From Candidatus Eiseniibacteriota bacterium (GTDB lineage: Bacteria; Eisenbacteria; RBG-16-71-46; CAZAMP01), in contig OZ245046.1 of the NCBI GenBank assembly GCA_965224245.1, positions 2,944,001 to 3,008,000 on the forward strand: a DNA stretch of 64,000 bases. Direction: 5' to 3'. Below, piece by piece: positions 9,829-18,457 of the stretch (position 1 is its first letter; each line of letters starts with the position of its first letter). The position numbers and the translations under genes were made by a program. Below the pieces are notes generated by a model. The model saw only the letters and a list, made by a program, of their open reading frames with translations, made no database searches and was not told the DNA's origin.

Positions 9829-10371
9829 CTAGCTGGTTGTCGATCCCAGGATCTCGTCCACGAGCTCTCCCGCCGGCCTCTCCGAGTCCATCCGCATGAT
9901 GGGACATTCCAGGCAGCTCATCCAGCGCTCGTGCAGCTCCAGGCTCCGGATGGGAGGTCGGGCGTCGTCGTAGCTCCGCGCCCAGGCCATGAAGTCGAGG
10001 TGCTGGGGGTGCATGTCCCCTCCAGGTAGAATCCGGGATCCGTAGCGCCGCCTCTCGCGCGCGAGGAGCCTGGCCATTCGTATACCCGGGTCGAGGTACA
10101 GGAACACGGCGAGCGTGAAGCGATCGAGCAGGGGGTCTCCCCAGCTGCAGATGGACCCGGACAGGACCCAGCTCGAGACCCCTTCGATGTCTCGTTCGAT
10201 GAGGGCGACGCGAGCTTCCGGATCACGCTTCGTCGTGAATGGTGGATCGGTGTCGATCCAGTAGTAGTCGTCGGTGTCCAGATGGAGCGCGCCGGTCGCG
10301 GTGGCGAGCCGATGTCCCAGAGTGGATGATCCCACGCCGGACGCACCGAAGACATGGATACGGGATGACAT
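9829..10371 (-). CDS. Adenylate-kinase-like P-loop protein
   Basis: GASGVGSST (Walker A Lys replaced by Ser), LDTDDYYW, WVLSGS. Confidence 0.8.
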   Translation of the reverse strand: MSSRIHVFGASGVGSSTLGHRLATATGALHLDTDDYYWIDTDPPFTTKRDPEARVALIERDIEGVSSWVLSGSICSWGDPLLDRFTLAVFLYLDPGIRMARLLARERRRYGSRILPGGDMHPQHLDFMAWARSYDDARPPIRSLELHERWMSCLECPIMRMDSERPAGELVDEILGSTTS

Positions 10372-10412
10372 CTCACAGCCGCCTGGCCGAGTAGCGGTTC
10401 AGCCGTCCGGGG

Positions 10413-10742
10413 TCACGTCTCGAGCAGGGTGTTCAGAAAGTCTTCGGTGCCCGGCGGGCCGGTCACCTCGAGCCAGATCGGGCCCCCGCTGGGCTCCACG
10501 GACAGGACGAACCTGAGGAACCGGCAGCAGTGCCGCTCCGCTTCGATGACCGTCGCGACCCGGCTCAGTAGATCTTCGCTCGCATCGAATCGCCAGCGAA
10601 ACCCACCCGGAACGGGCTCCCTTTCGGTCGCCGCGGCCAGGAGGCCCGGAAGGAGCTGATCACGCCTGGCCGCGAGCTCGCCTGGAGTGAGTGTGCACGC
10701 GATGGGAGGATCCGAGCTCTTCCCGCGACTGTCGCTCATCAA
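10413..10742 (-). CDS. Hypothetical protein (PIACTL...ERHCCRFL type)
   Basis: Cys motifs, GGAGG RBS. Confidence 0.7.
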   Translation of the reverse strand: MMSDSRGKSSDPPIACTLTPGELAARRDQLLPGLLAAATEREPVPGGFRWRFDASEDLLSRVATVIEAERHCCRFLRFVLSVEPSGGPIWLEVTGPPGTEDFLNTLLET

Positions 10743-10863
10743 GAACCTCCAGGTGCGTCAAAACGCGTTGCGCTGCACCCGCGGGCACCTCCGTCGACTG
10801 CAAGCGCCGGGCAGCTCGCATCCTCTGCTGGTACGCCAGCCTTCCAAGCAGCCGGACGAGGAA

Positions 10864-11304
10864 CTACAAAGCGATCCAGCAAAGCAACGCTATCCAGACC
10901 ACCTGCAACGGCAGCCGAAGAGCCAGTGGCGTTGCCGGCCGTCCCCCGAGGGTTCCACTCGTCCGCGCAGCATGAACGTTCGCGGGAAACAGCGCAACCA
11001 GGAGAAGCGCCAGCCCGAAGGCTGACCAGCGCGAAAGAGGCGGTACCAGCAAGCCGAGTCCGCCGACGATCTCAGCGATGCCCGTCAGCGTGACCAGTAG
11101 CGCCGGATCTGGAAGACCCGGGGGCACCATCCGGATGAGATCCGGTCGCATCCGATTGAAGTGCGCGGTCGCGGTGAACATGAACATGACGGACATGCCC
11201 GCACGCGTGGCCGCCAGGAATCCGTGGCATCTACGCCGAGAACGCCGGCTACTCTCGCCGCGGCGATTGCGATGAGCATGACGAAGAACGGAATGATGAC
11301 CCAC
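10864..11304 (-). CDS. DoxX-like membrane protein
   Basis: TATAHF, TGIAEIVG, FPANV. Confidence 0.8.
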   Translation of the reverse strand: MGHHSVLRHAHRNRRGESSRRSRRRCHGFLAATRAGMSVMFMFTATAHFNRMRPDLIRMVPPGLPDPALLVTLTGIAEIVGGLGLLVPPLSRWSAFGLALLLVALFPANVHAARTSGTLGGRPATPLALRLPLQVVWIALLCWIAL

Positions 11305-11435
11305 CGACCTCTCGCCGGGCTAGCGACCCGCGCTTCGGGTTCGCGGCCTCATCAGCACTCTGCGCAAGACACGCCCCGTGCCACCAACGCATGTCAGTAG
11401 CAAGCGCATGTCAGACGGCGCCCCCCGCTCATGCG

Positions 11436-11987
11436 TCAAGTGGCCCGGTCCATCAGCGGCCGATAGCGCTCCTCGATGACGCGGTGATGGTGGAGCTCGT
11501 GCCCCGCGACATGGAAGGCGAGCCCTCTGGCCGAGGCGGAGTACCCGTTCACCCGACCACGGCGTGTCCACGCGCCCTCGGGCAGGTGCAGCAGCATCGA
11601 GATCGTCGCCGCGCGGACCGCGGCGTACTCGTTCAGAAGACTGGGGACCGTACGGCTCTCGAAGTCCGCCGACGCGACGTAGAGCTTCTCGTCGAAGCCG
11701 GGGAGATCGAGCGTCTCCCCGCGGGCCAGACACAGGATCCGGTACGAGAAGATTCGCTCGTCGTCGATGAGGTGGCCCAGGATCTCCTTGAGCGTCCACT
11801 TCCCGGGGGCGTACGTGGCCCCGCTCTCCACCAGGACCCGCAGGGATTCGAAGAGCTCTCGTGTCCTGGGCTCGAGCTCGACGAGGGCCTCCACCGCATC
11901 GTCGCCCCGGACCGCATCGATGTCCGGCGCCGCGTAGTCCGCGAACTCGCCACTCTCGGCGCGCCCGGTCGGAAGCCGATCCGCCAT
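11436..11987 (-). CDS. DinB family protein
   Basis: YAPGKWTLKEILGHLIDDERIF, GHELHH. Confidence 0.9.
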   Translation of the reverse strand: MADRLPTGRAESGEFADYAAPDIDAVRGDDAVEALVELEPRTRELFESLRVLVESGATYAPGKWTLKEILGHLIDDERIFSYRILCLARGETLDLPGFDEKLYVASADFESRTVPSLLNEYAAVRAATISMLLHLPEGAWTRRGRVNGYSASARGLAFHVAGHELHHHRVIEERYRPLMDRAT

Positions 11988-12055
11988 TGGCCTGACCGCC
12001 TTTCGCTAGCTAGAAGTCCACAGGATCGTGCGATTGCTCATGCCGATCGATCGTC

Positions 12056-12119
12056 GCCTGACGCATGATCAGCATCATCGGCGGCGCACCGCGCCGTCCG
12101 CCGCACGCTGTCGCTGGAC
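12056..12119 (-). repeat. Degenerate attC site, read through by upstream ORF
   Basis: GCCTGAC...GGCGG..CCGCC...GCTGGAC. Confidence 0.55.
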
Positions 12120-12797
12120 GGCGTCTGGCTTGATGATCTCACAAAAGACGCTGGAGGCATCGACTTCGCAGACGTGGGCTTTCACTTCAACCTTCGCACA
12201 GAGCGTGCGAAACATGTCGGGAGTCATTCGTCCCGCCCGGAAGCCATCCTCGCAGACGATGACACCGTGGGTGGACGCCACGCGATCGACGCGCCCGATG
12301 AGACCCTCCGCCGCCTGGACGTCGAACCAGGCCAGCCGATCCGACCAGAACCTATCCGAGTACGAGGACAACAGCACGAGCCCGCCCGGTCGGGTGACCC
12401 GCAGCGCCTCCTCCAGAAGGCATACCTGATCGACTCCGAATGAGCAGATGCCGTTTTGCAAGCAAAGGACCACGTCGAACGAACCGGCCGGGAACCGCAA
12501 GTCGATGGCGTCCATGCACAGGTACTCGCAACGATCATCGCCCCGGGACAGACGGCGCGCGAGCTCGAGGTTTTGCGGGGCGGTGTCAATGCCGACCACA
12601 CGGTGGGCGACACGCGCAAGCCGCTCCATGATCCGCCCATAGCCACATCCGAGCTCGAGGACCTGGTCCGCTGGTCGAAGGCGCCCGAGAGCGTGGAGAA
12701 TCTCTGCTTCGAGGTACTGACATACTCTCTCGGGGGCGACCTCGTAGCAGCGTCGCAACCGCTCCCCCGACAGCTTTTCCGCGTAGTACCTGCCCAC
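12075..12797 (-). CDS. Class I SAM methyltransferase
   Basis: VLELGCGYG. Confidence 0.85.
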   Translation of the reverse strand: MGRYYAEKLSGERLRRCYEVAPERVCQYLEAEILHALGRLRPADQVLELGCGYGRIMERLARVAHRVVGIDTAPQNLELARRLSRGDDRCEYLCMDAIDLRFPAGSFDVVLCLQNGICSFGVDQVCLLEEALRVTRPGGLVLLSSYSDRFWSDRLAWFDVQAAEGLIGRVDRVASTHGVIVCEDGFRAGRMTPDMFRTLCAKVEVKAHVCEVDASSVFCEIIKPDAVQRQRAADGAVRRR

Positions 12798-13143
12798 GCA
12801 GCACGTTTTCCTTCGTCCGACCGACGTCCCGAGGTACGGCAGGCCGCGGAGCGAACCGACCGCGGCAACCCGACGTTGCTTGCCGTGACCTATGCCGTAA
12901 GCCGGAACCGACGCACGGCGATGATATCACCGTAATCGACCGGACGGACATCCCTGGTCGCCAGCGTCAAGAGGGTCTTTGTACTCCCCGGTGCGGTAAC
13001 AGACTCGACCTCCAGGTGGCCGCATCGCATACCTCGGCGGCAGCGCCGAGATCACCTGATCGGACTCCGAGCTCGCCCCAACACGAGATGTTGCGCCCGC
13101 AACGCTTCCGTAAGCTCCGGCCAGTCACTCGACGTAACCCTCA

Positions 13144-13210
13144 ATCTAACGTTCTGGCATTCACCTGCAGCGCGCGAAGCGCGCTCGTCAGGTGAGACGC
13201 CTTGCTAGGC
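13144..13210 (-). repeat. attC site
   Basis: ATCTAAC...TCACCTG..GCGCGC GAA GCGCGC..CAGGTGA...GCTAGGC. Confidence 0.85.
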
Positions 13211-13224
13211 CGCTGCACCTTTCT

Positions 13225-14022
13225 CTATCCCGGCACCAGCGCCAGGCACGCCCCGACCGGATCCTGGACAGCCGCATACGCGTGCTCTCCATCCGTCCCC
13301 CGTGACGCCTCGATGACCTTGCCCCCTTCCTCTCGTACGCGACGGAGACTCTCGGCGAGGTCGCCAACGGGAAGGTAGATCATCCAGACAGGCGGCAGAT
13401 CCTGGTTCACGCCGCGTGCATGACAGACGCCCGCCGCCGGGTTTCCATCACCACCCAGCATGTTGTAGTCGGCGTAGCGCTCGCTTGCTTCCTCCATCTC
13501 GACATCCTGCACCGACCAGCCAATGACCTGGCGATAGAAGTCACGGGTCGCCGAGGCGTCGGAGACCGTCACGTCGAGCCAGGAGATGCAACCCACACGC
13601 GCCCCGGCGTCGCACGATACGGCACCCTCGGTCGGGGAATGTGCCTCGGCGGAAACGACCGGGATGATCCCGAACGCCGCGCCATTCGGATCGAACAGAG
13701 CCGCCCACTGGCTCTCTCCATCGTCGTCTTTGCCATGCATGAGCTCGCTCCCACCCAGCTCGAGCGCGCGTTCGGCACTCGCTGCGACATCCGCGACCAG
13801 AATGTGCGGCATCCATTGCAGCGGGAGGTCCACATGCTCCGCGGTACGCGCGCCCAGGCCGATGATCGGCATGCCTCGGTTGTTCAGCAGATCTTCGCGC
13901 CAGAGCGGATTGGCGCCCGTGCAGAGTACACGTGAGTAGAAGCGCATCTCACGCTCGTGTTCGGGAACGGCAATGTCGGCGCTGAGGATTCCGCCGACGC
14001 GTGGGACGAAGGGGTCACTCAT
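13225..14022 (-). CDS. Two-domain VOC/glyoxalase family protein
   Basis: WMPHILVADV, WMIYLPVGDL, DPNGA/DPVGA; true start ATG 14022. Confidence 0.85.
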   Translation of the reverse strand: MSDPFVPRVGGILSADIAVPEHEREMRFYSRVLCTGANPLWREDLLNNRGMPIIGLGARTAEHVDLPLQWMPHILVADVAASAERALELGGSELMHGKDDDGESQWAALFDPNGAAFGIIPVVSAEAHSPTEGAVSCDAGARVGCISWLDVTVSDASATRDFYRQVIGWSVQDVEMEEASERYADYNMLGGDGNPAAGVCHARGVNQDLPPVWMIYLPVGDLAESLRRVREEGGKVIEASRGTDGEHAYAAVQDPVGACLALVPG

Positions 14023-14042
14023 GGGTTTGCATCCTGGTTGAC

Positions 14043-14154
14043 ACCGAACCAGCCAAACCGCCCGCTCGTGGACCTCGGGGGAGAACCTGATTGAACGTCC
14101 CATGGGCTCCATCCTCTCGAGGAATCGGCCCTCCGGCAAACCCGGGGCGGTTCA
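14043..14154 (-). mobile_element. IS3-family stub (left end plus start of orfA)
   Basis: TGAACCGCCCCGGGTTTGCCGGAGG terminus; MGRSIRFSPEVHERAVWLV. Confidence 0.75.
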
Positions 14155-14158
14155 GACA

Positions 14159-14425
14159 TCAGGCAGCGGACTCCTTGTTGACATCCCAGTTCGGGAACAC
14201 CAGTACCGCGGGGTGACACTTGAGCGCGCGAGCGATGATCTTCGCCCGCTCGACCCCGAGGTTGACCCGATCGTTCTCGATGGCCGAAATCGTCGACTGC
14301 GGAATGCCCGTGAGTTCCGCAAGCGCGTTCTGACTCAGATCCTGCAGCTCACGGATGATCCGAACCGACTCCCCAACGGAGACATCGACTGTCTTCCTCG
14401 CGCGGCGAAGGTCCTTGCCACTCAT
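14159..14425 (-). CDS. XRE/HTH antitoxin (HigA-like)
   Basis: LSQNALAELTGIPQSTISAIEN HTH, 3 bp downstream of toxin. Confidence 0.85.
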   Translation of the reverse strand: MSGKDLRRARKTVDVSVGESVRIIRELQDLSQNALAELTGIPQSTISAIENDRVNLGVERAKIIARALKCHPAVLVFPNWDVNKESAA

Positions 14426-14428
14426 TCC

Positions 14429-14710
14429 CTACTTCCTCCGATAGTCGTGAGGGGTGATATCCAGAACGAGGACGAGAACCCGGTCCGCCTCTACCCGGTA
14501 GATGACTCCGTACTGACCTCCAAGGCGAGATGACCGGTGTCCAGCCCACTCTCCCCGAAGCGCCTCGCCATGGAACCCCTTGATGAGGCGAAGGCCCTTG
14601 GGGCCCGACAGACGCACGATGTCCTTCCACTTCTCGTACCGCTCGAGGACCTCGACAGGCAGTCGCGACAGGCGCCGTCCAAGACGCCGATGCTCGAGGA
14701 CCTCCCACAT
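14429..14710 (-). CDS. RelE/HigB/YafQ-like mRNA interferase toxin
   Basis: EALRGEWAGHRSSRL..YGVIY. Confidence 0.8.
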   Translation of the reverse strand: MWEVLEHRRLGRRLSRLPVEVLERYEKWKDIVRLSGPKGLRLIKGFHGEALRGEWAGHRSSRLGGQYGVIYRVEADRVLVLVLDITPHDYRRK

Positions 14711-14716
14711 GACCCA

Positions 14717-14745
14717 AATGTACTATACTCAATATGGTATGTCTA
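14717..14745 (-). promoter_or_regulatory. Sigma70-type promoter of TA cassette
   Basis: TAGACA-17-TACATT, 6 nt before ATG. Confidence 0.65.
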
Positions 14746-14763
14746 CCCAGTTGCGTGTGGGCG

Positions 14764-14823
14764 GCCCAACGCTTGGCTTCAGCTGCAACGCGAAGCGTTG
14801 GCGGGTGCAAGCCGTCATTCGGC
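14764..14823 (-). repeat. attC site
   Basis: GCCCAAC...GGCTT..CAACGC GAA GCGTTG..AAGCC...ATTCGGC. Confidence 0.8.
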
Positions 14824-14850
14824 TTCCGCTCGGAGCGGGGTCGCCTGAGA

Positions 14851-15387
14851 CTACCCGGCCAAGTGCGTCGCCTCGAAGCGTCGCCCTGCAAGCACGAGGT
14901 GAGCGCGGCGGTCGGTAGATGGTAGAAGGCCATACGGCTCGAGTAGCGGCTCCAAACCCGGCTCTACGGGAACTTCAAGCGCCTGGACGAGGGGATGCCC
15001 AGTGACCGGGGCAGCCTCGCGGATTTCCAGCAATGTACCGACCCCGGGCCTTGCAAGCCATGCCGTGCGATGCTTCGCAACGCTCTCGAGGCTCCTCGGA
15101 TGGAGGAACCAGCCGCTAACCCGGGCAAGATGCTCCTCGAGGGCCGTGACGTTGACTGCGACATGGTGCAGGCCCGGCCCACGGGAGGCGAGAGCACGCG
15201 CGTACGGCCCCTCGGTTCCAAGGGCCTGCATGAGAAGCAACCGCCCCCCGCTCTCTGGTGCGCCGACGTACGCTTCGCGCGTACCTTCAGCAGGAAACTC
15301 CTCAACGGGTCCGACTGAGAGGCCGAGCGGCTCGAGCCGCGAGAGAACCGTCTGCACGTTCGCAACCAAGAGGGCAACGTGGTCCAT
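14851..15387 (-). CDS. VOC / methylmalonyl-CoA epimerase-like protein
   Basis: DHVALLV, GPGLHHVAVNV, LLEI. Confidence 0.8.
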   Translation of the reverse strand: MDHVALLVANVQTVLSRLEPLGLSVGPVEEFPAEGTREAYVGAPESGGRLLLMQALGTEGPYARALASRGPGLHHVAVNVTALEEHLARVSGWFLHPRSLESVAKHRTAWLARPGVGTLLEIREAAPVTGHPLVQALEVPVEPGLEPLLEPYGLLPSTDRRAHLVLAGRRFEATHLAG

Positions 15388-15467
15388 CGCAGCATGCTCC
15401 TTTCACACCGTCTCAACAGGTTGTCGGCAGCAACATGTGAGAGTCCGGAGGTCTGCTGGGATCTATC

Positions 15468-15575
15468 ACCGAACGGATCTGCCGTTAGGCTGCGGACGCA
15501 ACTCAATCGAGTGCAAGCCGGAACGGCTTGCACTCCTTAGAAACGCGAGCCGTCAGCTTAAACGGCTTGTTAGAC
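15468..15575 (-). repeat. attC site
   Basis: ACCGAAC...GCCGTT...GAGTGCAAGCCG GAA CGGCTTGCACTC...AACGGC..GTTAGAC. Confidence 0.85.
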
Positions 15576-15597
15576 GGTCGGCCCAGATTACCGTGTC

Positions 15598-16248
15598 CTA
15601 CCCCCAGCCTGCGTGAAGCCGATCCCGCACGTCGGGGAAGCGAGCAGCGATTGCCGCGAGACCGGTGGTGCATGAGGACACTAGCGTCGGCACGCTGCCC
15701 GAGGCGACGAAGAATGTGACGTTTGCCGCGATCCCTACCATTCCGGCGACACCAGGGGCGATGTCTCGGATGCTGATCTTGTACTGGGCCGCCTGAAGGT
15801 CGCGGAGGACGTGCGAGACGAAATGGTCGTAAGCGGCGCGCACGTTGAGGCCGTTTAGGTCAAGCGCCTCCTTCCAGGCCATCAGGTCGTCGAACTCCTG
15901 CTTGGTGTATCCGAGTTCCCGATAGATCTCCTCCTCGTGCTCCACCTTCGTCAGCGCCAGTCCAGGGGCGCCCGCAATCTGGGCGCCTATGAATGCAAGA
16001 GGGTCCTCGTAGGTGCTGAATGCGACCGAGTCGTCCGCGTGCAAGTAGTCGTGGCGAATGGTGTAGGTTCTTATTGACGCGTCGAGCAGTGCCAACTCCC
16101 GCCCCAACTCTGCTAGCGTACCTTCAAGCGGCTCTACGGCTCCGTGCTCGATCGCATGTCGGAGTTTCCGTATCCTTAGCCGCGCCGCGTCGGACCGTTC
16201 TTTGAGGCGTTCAATCGCCGCATGCGAGTTGTGATTGACGAACGGCAT
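15598..16248 (-). CDS. Orphan protein, N-terminal coiled coil and C-terminal hydrophobic helices
   Basis: ATG 16248 after GGAGG RBS; fills the cassette. Confidence 0.7.
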   Translation of the reverse strand: MPFVNHNSHAAIERLKERSDAARLRIRKLRHAIEHGAVEPLEGTLAELGRELALLDASIRTYTIRHDYLHADDSVAFSTYEDPLAFIGAQIAGAPGLALTKVEHEEEIYRELGYTKQEFDDLMAWKEALDLNGLNVRAAYDHFVSHVLRDLQAAQYKISIRDIAPGVAGMVGIAANVTFFVASGSVPTLVSSCTTGLAAIAARFPDVRDRLHAGWG

Positions 16249-16292
16249 TTGTCCCTCCCCCCGGCCAATGCCTACCCGCTCGGCGTTCCGCC

Positions 16293-16331
16293 GTCTAGCG
16301 AACGATGAAGCGATGAGCCGCGTCGTTATGT
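16293..16331 (-). repeat. Internally deleted attC (39 bp)
   Basis: Minus strand ACATAAC...CGCGGCTCATCGC...GCTAGAC; contains stop of DUF2442 gene. Confidence 0.6.
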
Positions 16332-16607
16332 GGGTGGCCGACTCTGTCGCCCTTGCCTCCCGGGCACATCTGGAAGAGCAAGCAGCGCTTCCGGCGCGAG
16401 ATCCGCGCCGTTCGGCCAAACGACCGTCCGTGACCCGGGGTCAATAGCCACCTGTGCAAAGAACTCAGGCTCCCGCACGGCGGCAAACATCGGACCCGTG
16501 AGCAACTCGGTCAGGTCGACGATTCGGCGTACGCCGTTATCGAAAACCACTTCGAGCACCCGCCCGCCACGAGGCGTCGCCTTGACAACATGTGGAATGC
16601 TACTCAT
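16326..16607 (-). CDS. DUF2442 protein (TA partner)
   Basis: LEVVFDNG, TVVWPNGADLAPE. Confidence 0.85.
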   Translation of the reverse strand: MSSIPHVVKATPRGGRVLEVVFDNGVRRIVDLTELLTGPMFAAVREPEFFAQVAIDPGSRTVVWPNGADLAPEALLALPDVPGRQGRQSRPPT

Positions 16608-16613
16608 CTGCTT

Positions 16614-16874
16614 CTACTCCAGAGGCGCGATCACAGCGAGTAGTTCGCCGTTCTGCGCCCGCTGCCAGTTGGCGGCAAGCTCCGCCTGGTGATGACGTGC
16701 CCACGTACGAACCAGTCGGTGCGCACGGCGTGGCAACCGCCCGGCCACAACGCGTGCTGACACGATCGCCACCTCGGCCTCGTACTGAGCGTAGATCGCG
16801 TGGAAGTGAGGCGGCGCCTGGTCTCGCCAGTACATGTAGATCGCAATGCCATAGAACTCCAAAACCCTCGGCAC
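16614..16874 (-). CDS. DUF4160 protein (TA partner)
   Basis: MPRVLEFYGIAIYMY..PPHFHAIY. Confidence 0.85.
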   Translation of the reverse strand: MPRVLEFYGIAIYMYWRDQAPPHFHAIYAQYEAEVAIVSARVVAGRLPRRAHRLVRTWARHHQAELAANWQRAQNGELLAVIAPLE

Positions 16875-16946
16875 GGACTCCCCAAGCAGTCTGGGGAGAG
16901 AAAGGCGTCGCGGGGTTCATGGCTTGTCGACCTTTGCTCCTACTCC

Positions 16947-17012
16947 ACATAACGTCTTCTCGTTCACCTGCGGGCCGGGGAGCGGGCCGTCAGGTGCAAC
17001 GGCTCATCATGT
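16947..17012 (-). repeat. attC site
   Basis: ACATAAC...CGTTCACCTG...CAGGTGCAACG...ATCATGT. Confidence 0.8.
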
Positions 17013-17031
17013 CCGTGCGATACTAGGAGCA

Positions 17032-17238
17032 CTACGAAAGACCGTGGCCACGGGCGGCCACGTGCGGTCTACCAGCCTGTGTAACGCCCCCTGCCATTCC
17101 AAAACGCTCGAAGTAGTAGCGCTCTCCTACGAGGAACGGCTGGTCAGCGAGCCAGAGAGCTGGCGGGTGCTCGTAGGGAGGGGCGTACTCGTACCAGCGC
17201 CGCAGATCGCTGAAGTCCTCGTTATTGAAGAACGACAT
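17032..17238 (-). CDS. Small hypothetical protein, possibly truncated
   Basis: GAGG RBS, 68 aa, fills the cassette. Confidence 0.45.
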   Translation of the reverse strand: MSFFNNEDFSDLRRWYEYAPPYEHPPALWLADQPFLVGERYYFERFGMAGGVTQAGRPHVAARGHGLS

Positions 17239-17249
17239 GACTGTCCTCA

Positions 17250-17328
17250 GTCTGACGTTGCCTTAACCTGCGGGCGCGACCCTAGCGCAAGCAAGGGCGT
17301 GACCGACAGGTTCGAGGTAGTGTTAGAC
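17250..17328 (-). repeat. attC site
   Basis: GTCTGAC...AACCTG...CAGGTT...GTTAGAC. Confidence 0.85.
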
Positions 17329-17340
17329 GACCCCCGCGCT

Positions 17341-17631
17341 TCACGCGCCATCGTAATGATGGACGACGGTGTGCTTGAGAAGGTGTGCTTCATCGGGATC
17401 AATCACTGCCTCCCACCAGCTGGTACCGGCGAAATCCTCAAGTGCTTCCAGATCACGCCACATCGTGATCATGAGAAACTCATTCGGTGACGAAGGGAGG
17501 GGCGTGCCGATCCGCGCCTCAAGCACTCCATGTTGAGCTTGAAGCATGGGGAGTGCCTTGTTGACAAAGAACGCCTCGAACGCTTCTTGCTTGCCATCAT
17601 GCACCGTTGCTCGGAAAACCCGAATGATCAT
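17341..17631 (-). CDS. Antibiotic biosynthesis monooxygenase (ABM) domain protein
   Basis: EFLMITMWRDLEALEDFAG. Confidence 0.8.
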   Translation of the reverse strand: MIIRVFRATVHDGKQEAFEAFFVNKALPMLQAQHGVLEARIGTPLPSSPNEFLMITMWRDLEALEDFAGTSWWEAVIDPDEAHLLKHTVVHHYDGA

Positions 17632-17654
17632 CCGGTCACATCCTCTTCAAGTTC

Positions 17655-17720
17655 GTCTAGTGCCCAGCGCATCAACTGCGGCCGGCGCAGCCGGCCGTCA
17701 GCTGCATGCCGCCGTTAGGC
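17655..17720 (-). repeat. attC site
   Basis: GTCTAGT..GCATCAACTG CGGCCGGC GCA GCCGGCCG TCAGCTGCATGC..GTTAGGC. Confidence 0.8.
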
Positions 17721-17721
17721 G

Positions 17722-17997
17722 CTACGATGCCTTGTCAAGCTCCTCGCGAATGCGCTCGGCGAGGAAGATCTTGAGCAAAGACTGATACGGAACATCCCGC
17801 TTGTTCGCCAGAAGCTTGAGCTCCTCGAGAAGTGATTCTGGCAGCCGGAGGGAGATGGTCTTTGTTGAGGGCTTGAGGCCAGAGAACCGAACACGCTTCC
17901 CCTTCGACCAGTCCACGTAGTCCGTGGAGTCGTTCTCCGACCAGAACTCGCGTTCGCGTTCCTCACTCCGGTGACGCGGTATCTTCTTCTTGGGCAC
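17722..17997 (-). CDS. BrnA/CopG-like antitoxin
   Basis: TISLRLPESLLEELK..VPYQSLLK. Confidence 0.85.
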   Translation of the reverse strand: MPKKKIPRHRSEEREREFWSENDSTDYVDWSKGKRVRFSGLKPSTKTISLRLPESLLEELKLLANKRDVPYQSLLKIFLAERIREELDKAS

Positions 17998-18295
17998 TTT
18001 CGTATGCCTTTCGTTCGCGCCGGCTCATGTCGCGGGCAGAGATGACTCGAATGAGACCATCCCGAAGGGTGAAGACCAGGAACAGCCTGCGCCCTCCGTC
18101 TGTCTGCCCCAGAGCAAGATACCGACGCTCCTGCATGGAGTGCTTGTCGTCTACCACCGTTACCAGGGGCAGGTTGAAGAACGCTTGCTCGCACTCGGCC
18201 CTTGATACTTCGTGGCGATGCCAGTTCTTCTCGGCGTTCCCCTGGCCCCACCGGAACCCGGTACACCGTGCGAGTTCATCCCGTGGCTCGGCCAT
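17963..18295 (-). CDS. BrnT family toxin
   Basis: FRWGQGNAEKN..H, IRVISARDMSRRERKAYE. Confidence 0.9.
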   Translation of the reverse strand: MAEPRDELARCTGFRWGQGNAEKNWHRHEVSRAECEQAFFNLPLVTVVDDKHSMQERRYLALGQTDGGRRLFLVFTLRDGLIRVISARDMSRRERKAYESAQEEDTASPE

Positions 18296-18301
18296 GGGTA
18301 A

Positions 18302-18330
18302 AGTATATTGCTAACATATACATATGTCAA
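18302..18330 (-). promoter_or_regulatory. Near-consensus sigma70 promoter with operator-like palindrome
   Basis: TTGACA-17-TATACT; ACATAT/ATATGT inverted repeat; 6 nt to ATG. Confidence 0.8.
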
Positions 18331-18364
18331 TTGCCACGACTCCGCCGAGGGAGCCTTCCTGTGC

Positions 18365-18437
18365 GCCCAACGACTGGAATCCAGCGGCCCGGCCGGGCGC
18401 GAAGCGCGGTCGGGCCCGCTGCAATGACTTGTTAGGC
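18365..18437 (-). repeat. attC site
   Basis: GCCCAAC...CAGCGG...CCGCTG...GTTAGGC. Confidence 0.9.
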
Positions 18438-18457
18438 GGCGCGTCCCCAGCTTCCAA

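Noticed and set aside
13225-14139. 304-aa ORF as a genuine long VOC protein
   Set aside because: The extension is IS3 orfA stub sequence; the VOC gene starts at 14022
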